Below, in pieces: positions 1 to 13,100 of a stretch of DNA of 64,000 nucleotides (the first letter of the stretch is position 1; each line of letters opens with the position of its first letter). This stretch comes from Camelus ferus (taxonomy: Eukaryota). The DNA is taken from NCBI RefSeq assembly GCF_009834535.1, contig NC_045713.1, positions 6,634,001-6,698,000 on the forward strand, read 5' to 3'. Below the pieces are notes generated by a model that made no database searches, was not told the DNA's origin, and was given only the letters and a program-made list of their open reading frames with translations. The translations under genes were made by a program, and so were the position numbers.

Positions 1-2513
<2,513 letters not shown>

Positions 2514-2564
2514 CCCAGGCGGGACCCCCACGACCCCCTGCCCTGCCCGCCAGCCCCCCAGCTG

Positions 2565-2582
2565 TATATACTATTTATTTAA
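2565..2582 (+). promoter_or_regulatory. AU-rich element in the ACHE 3' UTR
   Basis: TATATACTATTTATTTAA within an otherwise GC-rich UTR. AChE mRNA stability is known to be regulated by Hu proteins through a 3' UTR ARE. Confidence 0.6.
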
Positions 2583-2713
2583 GGGCTGGGATATAACAGG
2601 ATCCCTAGACCTTGCCCGCCCTCTCACCCCGACTTTCCCCCAGGGCTCCCTGCCCTCTGCATGTCTCGGGCCGAGCCCCCTCCCCCGCGGTGCCTTCGCC
2701 CCTTTGGGCTGCC

Positions 2714-2719
2714 AATAAA
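2714..2719 (+). terminator. ACHE proximal poly(A) signal
   Basis: AATAAA about 200 nt after the T-exon stop. Confidence 0.85.
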
Positions 2720-2799
2720 CTGTTACAGCCACAGGAGTGTGCGCGACTGGGGAGCGGGGGTCCAAGCAGCAGGCCTCAACCACTAGGGCTGAGTGAATG

Positions 2800-3320
2800 G
2801 AGGGGTAGGTGCTAGAGCCGGCGGGAGGCACGGACCTCCGAACTAGGGTGCTGAGAGTTGGATCGCCTCAGTCGCGGCGGCGAGGACGGCCCGCCCTGCG
2901 AGGTGGAGTTCACGCCTGCGCAGTGAGGCCAGCGGCGCGAGCGCGGCGGTGCATTGTGGGAGCCCCGCGAATGTGTGTGATCTTTTCGGCCGCTGGGTGC
3001 TACTTTGCTACCTGGGGCCCGGCGGGAGCGACCCCAGAGTCCTCGCGCCGGTTCTGCCCGAAGCTAGCCCAAGACCCGGGCTGGGAGGAAGCGCTGGAGC
3101 CTGGAGTCTCCCTGGAGTTCGTTCCGCGCCGCCTGGAGAACGTATCTGCCCGGCTCGGCGACCGCCGCTCCCGCCCATCACCCTGGAGCCGCTGAAGGAC
3201 GTCCACCTGGGCCTGGCTCCGCCCGGCCGCGGCCCGGCTCGCCTTGCCCTCCTCTCCGGCCACTACCTCTACTACCACTACGGCTGCGACGGCCTGGATG
3301 ACCGGGGCTGGGGCTGCGGC
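2800..3320 (+). promoter_or_regulatory. UFSP1 CpG-rich promoter with ZNF143/SBS-like and NRF1-like motifs
   Basis: High CpG density. GCGGTGCATTGTGGGAG at 2946-2962 (reverse CTCCCACAATGCACCGC, SBS consensus); CACGCCTGCGCA at 2911-2922. Confidence 0.6.
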
Positions 3321-3839
3321 TATCGCACTCTGCAGACACTGTGCTCGTGGCCAGAGGGCCGGCCTGCGGGAGTGCCTGGGCTGGCTGCCGTGCAGGCGGC
3401 TCTGGAGGACATGGGCGACAAGCCCCCTGGGTTCCAGGGCTCGCGGAGCTGGATCGGCTGCGTAGAAGCCAGCCTCTGCCTTGACTATTTCGGGGGGCCC
3501 CAAGGGCGCCTATGTCATGTGCCCCGTGGAGCCGGGCTTCATCGGGAACTGGAGAGGCTTTACTCCCACTTCGCAGGGGGTGGGGGGCCTGTAATGGTTG
3601 GAGGGGATGCGGATGCCCAGTCCAAGGCCTTGCTGGGAGTGTGCCTAGGGCCAGGCACGGAAGCCTATGTCCTGGTATTGGACCCTCACTGCTGGGGTGC
3701 TCTAAACAACCCCAGTGAACTACAGGCTGCTGGGTGGGTGGGCTGGCGAGAAGCAAGCATGGCCTTTGACCCCAACTCCTTCTACAACCTGTGCTTGACC
3801 ACTTGTAACTCGGAAAAGCAGCAGCACGCCCTGGACTGA
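3183..3839 (+). CDS. UFSP1: UFM1-specific peptidase 1, intronless, predicted CUG start, 218 aa
   Basis: Peptidase C78 motifs GWGCGYR (catalytic Cys codon 3315-3317) and DPH (3681-3689). No in-frame ATG lies upstream of the Cys; ACC-CTG-G at 3180-3186 has a strong Kozak context. The first in-frame ATG (3411) gives a 142-aa product lacking the Cys. Confidence 0.93.
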   Translation: MEPLKDVHLGLAPPGRGPARLALLSGHYLYYHYGCDGLDDRGWGCGYRTLQTLCSWPEGRPAGVPGLAAVQAALEDMGDKPPGFQGSRSWIGCVEASLCLDYFGGPQGRLCHVPRGAGLHRELERLYSHFAGGGGPVMVGGDADAQSKALLGVCLGPGTEAYVLVLDPHCWGALNNPSELQAAGWVGWREASMAFDPNSFYNLCLTTCNSEKQQHALD

Positions 3840-3949
3840 GGCTAAGGTCCCAGAACTGAGACGTCTCCAGCTCCATACAAGCTCACCTACCCCCATCTCA
3901 AAGGCAGAGCCCCCAGGAAATCCCAGCAGAGCCTGGGACCTATAGTGTC

Positions 3950-3955
3950 AATAAA
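3950..3955 (+). terminator. UFSP1 poly(A) signal
   Basis: AATAAA 110 nt after the stop. Confidence 0.85.
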
Positions 3956-4049
3956 GTGGCAAGGCCCAGCCAACCATGGCCCCAGCCAATCTTTGGGAGA
4001 ATTTGGGGAGGTATACATACACCAAGTCAGGAGTCACTACGGAAGTGCT

Positions 4050-4055
4050 TTTATT
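4050..4055 (-). terminator. SRRT poly(A) signal
   Basis: TTTATT on + (AATAAA on -), about 100 nt past the SRRT stop. Confidence 0.85.
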
Positions 4056-4151
4056 GGCAGTAGGGCTGAACGTACAAAAAATTCTCCAAGCTGGATGGAA
4101 CAAGGCAGTCACAAGTATAGATGATACCCAGAATAAGGAAAAGTAGATGGC

Positions 4152-7100
4152 TCAAAAGAAATCCACATCATCTGGAGCATCCAGGTCACGGTATTCCACA
4201 ATGGCCCGTGGGTCTCCACGGACCATCCTGTGAAATAAGAAAGAGGTAAGATGGGGTGAGAGTTGAGGGCCCCCAAAAGGGACTTTGAAGAGGACAAGAA
4301 AGCTTAGACACCTTAGCCCATTCTCACCTGTTTCGAGGTTTCCCAGGATAGCCTCCCTGGCCACGGAAGGCATCGTAGTTCCCTCGGCCAGCACCATAGG
4401 GAGCATGGGGGTATGGAGGCCCTCCTGTGGGGACCGCAGGGCGAACAGCGCCAGCTGTGAAAAAGACCAGCGTTGAGTTGAACAACTGTGACCTCAACTA
4501 TATCCTAGCTAAGTTTTCTTTCTACCAGCCCCTCACCATCACTAAGTCCTTCCAACTCTCTCTTGTACTTACCTCCATAGCCCAAGATGGGAGGCCGGGG
4601 CTGGCCATAGGGCATCAGGCCCTGAGGAGTCTGGTGTGGGTAGGGAAGTCCCGGGGTCAGGCCTGGGGGGAGTACAACACAGACAGGGACATGAATTACT
4701 GCGGGGGGGGGGGGGGGGGAGGCAGGGTAATGACTAATGACAACGGGCTTTTTAGTAATATGGCCTGAGATTGGGATAGAAACTTTTCAGGGTATGACAA
4801 GTTAAAGAGAACCAGGAGTCTGAACAGCCAAGGGACAGGGAATGTGGCAGACCCTCATGGATCGTATCTTACTCTGGGCAGGGCCAGGTGGCTGAGCTGG
4901 CTTGATCTCAGGCAGAGCTGGGCGCTTAGCATCAGTGAGAAAGTTGTTAAAAAATGCCACTTCCTTCTTCACTTCCTCAATTTTCTCTGCATGTTTGTTA
5001 AAGATATGTTTGCGTACAAACTCAGGGCCCTGGGTGAAAAGAGGAGGGGGTCAGAACAGAGTGAGCAATGTGGGTTCCTTAACTCTCCAGACCTAATCTG
5101 GAAGATAAACCTCCCCTCCTTCTAATCCCAATGAGCAGTTCCTCCCCAGGCCTTGAGGAGGCTTCCTCGCTCAATCCTCTCCACCCACAGTGCTAACACA
5201 ACTCTCTAACATCCCAGACCTTGAATTTCTTGCCACTGAGAGGGCACAGCCACTTATCCTTGCCCAGTTCCTGGGTGTTAGAAGTCACAAACTTTTCCAC
5301 TTCCTGCTCAGGGTCTTTGCGACCCATCTTCTGGGCCTCTTCCTCTGAAAGAGATTCCCGCACGCTCAGCAGGGGAGTCAGCTTCTCCTCAAATGTCTTC
5401 TGCCACTCTAGCACTGCGGTTTGGAACAGACAGACAGCAGGTTGGAGATGGGAGCCAGGAGCAAGGAACAAGCCAGAAGGAGGAGATTAGAGGAGAAGGT
5501 GCACAGCATAGCTATCTACCAGAGCAGAATGAAGGCCAGAGGCATCTAAGAGAAAGGGACCGAAGGGTCAAGGAGTGGGGAGGCCAGGAGCTCACCTTCT
5601 CCATGACTGATGCGGTTGGGCGGCATGGGCCCCCGAACATGGATGATGCCACAACGGTTGGGCATTTCATCCTCATTGGGGTACTCGCACGTGTTATAAT
5701 AGTCCAGGGAATGCACAATGCGCAAATAGAGGAGCAGTTTGTCCAGAACCTATGAGAAGTGAGAAGCCGTGAGTTCACCACACTCCTGCCCCTTTACTGC
5801 CGGGAGCCAGGCTCTCCCACACCCCACACTGCTCTCCCAGCACCTTAATCAGCTTCTCATCCCGCTCCACGTTGATCTCTGCTGGGTTTCCTTCCTTAGG
5901 AGGCTCCTCAGGAGGGGCCCCCCCACTGCTCCCCAGCAGCTCCTCCTCCTCAGCACTCACTTCCTCAATCAGGTAGTCAGTGATGTTCTTTAAGATCGGG
6001 TTCTGCGAGGGCAGACTCTGGTAGGGCGAGAGAGGTGGAGCAGACAAAACTCCTCAGGGTAGGTAGCCTAGGAACCTCCTCATTTGAAGAGGCAACATGG
6101 GGCCAAAAAGAGTTCGGGACTCAGCTGGCCTGTTACCTTTCCCTTGTTACTTGTCTTCATTTTTGTATTTGTTCTGCCCTAGCCCATAAATAATCACTAA
6201 TGCCAATCTGTTTTGTTCAAAGCTGGAAGCTGCCCAGGAGGAGAGGGGCAAAAACATGGGCAGGTATAAGGGATCAATGCTACAGATCAAGTAGGGCCAG
6301 AGGTGCCCATGGCAGATGAGGCAGTACCAGCGGCTTCTTAAAAAGTTCCACCAGGAGACACTGACTGTTGGCAGAGGAGGTGTCCCAGGCTCAGAGGCCC
6401 AGAGCTGGGTCCTGTCGTCCAGCGTATGGATCAGCTTGGCTGCCAGCTTGATGTCATTGCGCACTATCTGCTTGTGCTGGGTGATACCGTTGATGTTGCG
6501 GACGCGGCGGGTCAGGTCTCTGTTCACGCCAGGACTCAGCTCACATTCCCGGAGCTGGAGGAACAGAAAGTTTACCAGCACCGGCCCAAGAAGAGCCACT
6601 CAAAGACTGGCCCTGCTGACAGTGCTAGGGATTAGACAACGTCCTGAGGACTGGGACCAGATGTGTCTCGTTCACGGCAACAGTCCCAGAGCCGAACCCA
6701 GAGACAACTATATACAATTCGCATGGGCAGACTAAATGGATGAAACAAGGGGCAGATAAGTGAAGCTACCAACGAACAAAGGAATCAGAGATCAAGCAGA
6801 GCATGGAAAGCCCCACTTCCTCTTCCTCTGCAGCCCCACTCCCAGCACTCACTCGGATATTCTGCAGGTTCCAACAGATCTCCTTGATATTGACGCTGCG
6901 GTCAAAGGTGACCCAACCACGACGGAAAAACCTAAACAAGAAAGAAAATGTCAGCAAAATTCTGGGATGGAGGTGACGTGGGCCACTAATCTTCCCTTGT
7001 ACCCTTTCCCCAAGGTCTCCAGGGTCACACCTCCCTCCATTCCTCACCTCCTCTCCGGCTGGGGCTCGGATAGTGCTACACGCATAAAGCCTGGGTATCT

Positions 7101-10100
7101 TTTACAGAGCTGGAAAAAGAAAAACAGAAACCCCACTAAGTGACTCAAGGGTTCACTTCTTCCTCCAATCCCCATGTCCTCAGAACCCTAGAGAACTGCC
7201 TTTTAATCTTTCCTTGGAATAAGAAAAAATAAAGGGCTTAAGAATAATAGCACTTGAAAGCTAACAGTGCAGTCAGGGCCAGCCCTCGAAGGGCATGAGC
7301 CCATGGGAAGGGGGCCGCCCTATTAGAGAAATAAGGATGTATATAAAAGCAGTGCCAGATTATCTTCTCCCTGCCACCCCACTCAAAGGAATGGAGCATA
7401 GGTGTCTTCCCCGCCTCCGACACCATTTTCCCCACTCACAGAAATTATCTCAGCCCGGGAGATGTTGGGTGCGATGTTGCGCATGAAGAGAGAGCAAGTC
7501 TTATGCAGAGGTCGGGGTTTACATTCCAGCCCAGGAGTGTCCTTAGGCTTCTCCCTTTCTTCTTCCTTAGGCTTCTCCTTTTCCTTGAGTGCTTCTTCTA
7601 TGCAGGAAGTGGTAGGAATTAGTGAAAACTGATTGTTAATTGATGAGAGGAGGATAGAGAAGCTGTCAGACCTACCCCCCACCAGTCTCTCCCAAAAGCC
7701 CCCCTCCCATCAATTTCACCAGCCTCTCACCTGTCCCACCCTTGTTCAGTAGGAAGAGACCAGACTACAAGCAGAGAAAATAAAACCTACCAGCCTCTTC
7801 CTTCTCCTCCTCGGCCTGGCCGCTCTCGGATTCCGACTCCGACTCGGACACACTGCCTTCGTCAAAGCTGTCGTCACCACTGTGCTTCCTATTCCGCTTC
7901 TTGCTGCTCTGTGAGAGCCACGGCAAGAGAAGGGGAGTTAGGTACCAGGAACTAACACTGATGCTGACCCTGTGCAAGGGGAGACCCTACCTTTTTGGCA
8001 TCTTTCTCAGAGTCTTCTTTTTTCTCTTCCTTGTCCCCGTCACCCTCGGATTTCTTAGTTTTGTCATCACTGGAGCTGTCATTTTCAACCTACAGGTAAA
8101 GACAAATCACCAGGGATGTCAGTCTCCCCTTCAGCCTTTACCAGAGGGCCCTGCCCACCCTCCACAGCTGAGCCCACCAGTTCCTCTCCCCTACTCAATA
8201 CTCAACCCTCTAGAGTTCCAGCTCATTTGGACCCACCACTAAAGCAGCTCCACCCTCCTCCCCAGGCCTCACAGGCAGCACCCAGAGGCCCCAGCACTCA
8301 GACCTGTTTGCCGTCTTCTTTCTTGTCATCCTTATCATTGGCCTTGCGCTCTCCATCCCCCAGGGCTGGTCCAGCCCGACCTTCCTCTTTCTTGCTGGGC
8401 TCCCCAGGCTTTCCTGCCTGTTCCTCCTCCTCCTCCTGCTCCAGGATACGTAGATCATTCTCTGTACCTCCTTCCATCTTAATCACAGCTACCAACAAAG
8501 GGAGCAGAGGCTGTCAGTCTACTTCCATTTCCAACCAAGACCTTGGTCACAAGACGGCCCCACCCCTCCCAACCCATATACCTGCATCCAGCATCTTGAC
8601 AATGGCATCAGCTTTGTCTATGTCCAGCAGAAGATTATCAAACCAGCCACTCTCCATGAGGGACAAGAATACTCTTAGTCGGTTTTGCAGGGCCCCCCGG
8701 GCCTCCTGCCGTCGCTTCCCCACCTCATCTGGGTGGTACTTAGACCGAAACCTTGGAAGGAAGGGAGGAGGGAAGAGACCAAACAGTCACTGGAGGCCAG
8801 GGCCAGGACATGGGGAGGGGGCCCAGGAAAGTTAGGGCATAGCCCCCATCCTCTCACACCCACAAAAGATCATAAAAGCAGAGATTAGGGAAAGAGGGGT
8901 ACACTAGAACCACCCAATCCCCCCCCCAAGAGAACCAGAAGTTATGCTCTGAGAAGATCTGGGGGGGAACCAGGAACTAAGAGCTCTGGATTTGGGAAGA
9001 GCATGACTACAGGGGGAGCCAGAGGTAGAGAGGCAAACTGATTGCCCTAAGTGCCTGGGAAACACAAATTTTAAAAAGCATAGTTTCCCAAAGCTTCCGA
9101 GAGGAATGCTAAGGAAATAGTAAGCCCCAAAGAACCCCCCTCTCCTTACCAACCCCAAACTAGTCATTAAAAAGATTGCTCCCACCAGCTCCCTCCACCC
9201 CTAGGTGGAAGACAAGGGAAACCTGAAATCACCAGAAAGGAAAAACCAAAAAAAGGCAGAATACCTTTCTCCCCCCTTGGGAAGATAAGCAGATGGTGAA
9301 GGGACAGGGAAAGACCAAAGGGAGAAACTGAAGTGCCCTTATAACTCAGTTACTGCCCACAGGGATGGAAAGAGGACAGGGGTGGAGAATTATGGGTAGA
9401 GCATGAAAAAGAAAACACTTAAGGTGTGGGGGAAGAAGAAATTAGGATATGGGAAAAAGGGGGAAAGTGTGAGAAAGTCCCAGAAATCAAAAACAAATGG
9501 GGAAAACTAAAGACCAAATGGAAACTGGAGGGGGGGAAAAAAGCAGCAAAAAGTGTTAGGCAGGAGCAAGAACAGGTACATAGAAAGAATGAAAGGTATA
9601 TGAGGGGGTGAGACAAGACACAGAGAAGAGGGGACAATGACAGAACAGAACCANNNNNNNNNNNNNNNNNNNNNNNNNNNNNNNNNNNNNNNNNNNNNNN
9701 NNNNNNNNNNNNNNNNNNNNNNNNNNNNNNNNNNNNNNNNNNNNNNNNNNNNNNNNNNNNNNNNNNNNNNNNNNNNNNNNNNNNNNNNNNNNNNNNNNNN
9801 NNNNNNNNNCCCGGATGCCCCACCCCCGCGGGACTCCGCGGTGGGGGCCCTGACTGACTAACTGCCTAAGCAATCACATTCAGCTAAACCGCTGCATTGT
9901 GCACAGCAGTGCCCTGCCTGTCTGCCTGGCCGGGCAGCGCNNNNNNNNNNNNNNNNNNNNNNNNNNNNNNNNNNNNNNNNNNNNNNNNNNNNNNNNNNNN
10001 NNNNNNNNNNNNNNNNNNNNNNNNNNNNNNNNNNNNNNNNNNNNNNNNNNNNNNNNNNNNNNNNNNNNNNNNNNNNNNNNNNNNNNNNNNNNNNNNNNNN

Positions 10101-13100
10101 NNNNNNNNNNNNNNNNNNNNNNNNNNNNNNNNNNNNNNNNNNNNNNNNNNNNNNNNNNNNNNNNNNNNNNNNNNNNNNNNNNNNNNNNNNNNNNNNNNNN
10201 NNNNNNNNNNNNNNNNAGGATGCCACAGCCACACAGGGTCCCGGCGATCAGGGATGACAATGACCCAATACCAGCAAGTGGGAAGCAGTCTGTCTGCTGC
10301 CCCAAGGGAACAGGTGGCTCTGGCCAACTGCCTGGAGGTGTCTCACTCACTGAGGACAGTGGGGAAGGGAGACGGGGTGGGGGCCGTGGCGGACATGGAA
10401 GTGAGGAGGAGAACCCATCAGCCAGTGCTATTGTACTTCCCTCCCCCACCCCCAGGAAGTTCTGGATTGGGGAAAATGGGAAGAGGACAGGGCTGCAGGC
10501 TCCACTGGCGGGGCCAGGGGAAACATGCCAGGGAAAAGACAGCAGGAGAGTAAGGGGCACTCACCACTCCTCATCTTTATGAGCCAGGAAGAAATCCTGC
10601 ATCTGCTGCCTTCGAAAATCCAGCTTATAGTCGTTATAGCGCTTAACTGCCTCTGTCTCATCCACAGAGTCATCCAATGACAGGAGAAACTCCTTGAAGG
10701 TCTTCATCACGGGTGGTGGCACACCCAAGTCAATCTCTGCGATGCTGCCCAGCCTGGGGGGGGCCCGGTCAGGAAGTCTTGGTTGTGGGGGAAGAGGGTG
10801 GGGGGATGGGGGGCCAAGGTAGCCAGCTGCCCCCTTCCTTTGCCCACCAGACACCACCCCAGACACTGACTGCTACCACCCCCACAAGCACTCCTCTGAG
10901 TGCCTAAGCCACTTCCTGGCTCTAGCCATGGTCTTCAGCAACCCCAATCCATCCCCCGAGCCTACTGACTCCCTTCTCCCGAGAACCCCAGGTCTTTACC
11001 TGGCCTGGATAGGCAGAACATGATGCTGCATGATGTGGACGTCTGGGTGGCCCCAGGGCTGAGGGGGGCCATAAGTTGGGCCCCCACCCCCCCCAGCATA
11101 GGGCATCTCATAGCCACTGTGGTATGGGTCAGAGCTGTGCTCATCCCTGAGGGTGGGGGACACAAAAGTCAGACAGAGAAGGGAATCACCTCTCCAGAGC
11201 ACAAAGGAGGATGGAACAGAAGGAGGGGCACAGATGGAGTATGGTCTCTCACCAAGGATTTAAAGGGATTAAATAAGGGTGGGTTTATGGGAAGTTTGAG
11301 AAAAGGAAATGACAAAGACAGTTCTCAGCAGAAGTAAGGGTAGATAGCTGAGGCCCAGGTAGGACAGAGGCTAAGGAGAGAAGACAGAGCAACTGTTGCC
11401 GTCTCACCAGTCTCGCCTCATGCGCTTCTGCGGGGGGCTGAGCTCGTGGCGGGGAGGAGAGAAGCGCTCTCGCCGATTCCTATCGTAATCACGATATTCG
11501 CCCCGGCTGCGACGCTCCCGGCCGCGGTCCCACTCTCTGGAGATCAAAACAAGTAACGGTAAATAAGACATGGTTGGTTATCCCACGGTCACACTCCTGG
11601 ATAGGCCCTTCCCAACCTATCTCTAAGAAACCAGACTAAAAGCCTGAAATTATACAACTAGCCTCTAAACAGAAAAAGGCTCTCATCTCCTTCCATAACT
11701 TTAGGCATTACCCACAAACTGATGGCTCACAATTCTTCTTCCAGCCTGGCCTTTTTCCTGAGTTCCAGACCAACATTACCAGTCCCCTCCTAAACAGCCA
11801 TTTTCACCTCAAATTCAACATGTCAGAACTGCACCTGTTAATTATATCACGTGGGCCCAAATTTGCTTCCCAGTCCTGTTTCCCACTCTCAGCTGCATCA
11901 ACACATTACCAGGTATCTAGTTATCAAGTATCACACTCACCATTATTTGTAACTGACTTGTTAATCCTCTGCCTCAAGGCCTATCAAAGCTGTCCTTCTC
12001 AGGGGGAGGTGTAGCTCAGTGGTAGAGCACGTGCTTAGCATGCAGGAGGTCCTGGGTTCAATCCCCGGTACCTCCATTTAAAGAAAAGAAGAAAAAAAAG
12101 CTGTCCTTTTCTTTGCCATCCCCACAAACTCTGCCCTGGTCCATGTGCCCTGGTCCTGGACATTTTGCCTTTAAGTGAAGTCTTGGTCTGGTTTCCCTGC
12201 CTCTGGTCTCTCTAAGGTCAAAGTGATCCTTCTCAAATACAAATCCAATCACACCATGCCCCTGCTTAAATGCCAGTCCATAGCACTGTTCAAAACCTTG
12301 GTTCCAGGCTCATTCCAGGCTCTCTACCAATCACCAGCTGACCCATCCCCATCTTAACAAAATAAAAAAGAAAATCCTCTGTTGTCACCTGGTGGTTTTA
12401 AAAAGTTTTAAAAACTTTTGAAGATTAACAAGCTTTTGCTTATGTAGGTTGTATCTATTCACTCAACTATTCAAAAATTGAACCAAAAATACCAAATAAC
12501 ATTGAAGTTACACAGTAACACAAATTATATACTTTTATTTAAAAATGGCTATTTTCCAAAAAAAAATTTTAGTGAGAAAAGTTACACGGTTTTTCATTTA
12601 CAAATCTTTTCAAAGCTGGCTTAATAGAAACAGCTGGATTCTCATAGTATTTGCTTCTCTATTCAGCCTGTTACGAGTTGTTTAGTTGAAAAATATGCAG
12701 AAAAGCTGGCCTCACACTGATGTGCAGTTGGAAAACAGGAAGATTTTAATAGCTTTTTCAGATAACTGGGGATATTCTTTATTACCCAAAATTTAGCAAG
12801 AGATAGTTTCTTAAAGGCTAGTTGCAATGTTGAATCTAAAAACTAAATTAATGAACATTTCGTACTCTGCTACATTAAAATTCATTGTTCTACCTGGCTC
12901 TTTCAGTGGATCTTGACACATCTCATTACACAGTATCAAAGTGTCATCATCATGAGTATCACTGCCCATCTCACCAGAAAGTCTTTAATGGGAAGCTGTC
13001 AAACTAACACTGGCAGACACAAGTTTTCAAAATTTTAGTTTTCACTGGCAAGTTCCACTTCCTCACCTGCAACAAAACTGACAACGTTCTTCGAAGTAGT

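Noticed and set aside
2949-3182. N-terminal extension making UFSP1 296 aa
   Set aside because: It starts at a GTG inside the ZNF143-like promoter motif, and the extension has no recognisable homology. The CUG at 3183 fits better.
3178-3876. 232-aa antisense ORF over UFSP1
   Set aside because: Shadow of a GC-rich coding strand; TTG-type start, no domain.
12005-12076. Functional tRNA-Ala gene
   Set aside because: Flanked by a TSD and A-rich tail, has extra 5' Gs, only TTT downstream, no G3:U70, and related copies elsewhere in the window. It is a SINE.
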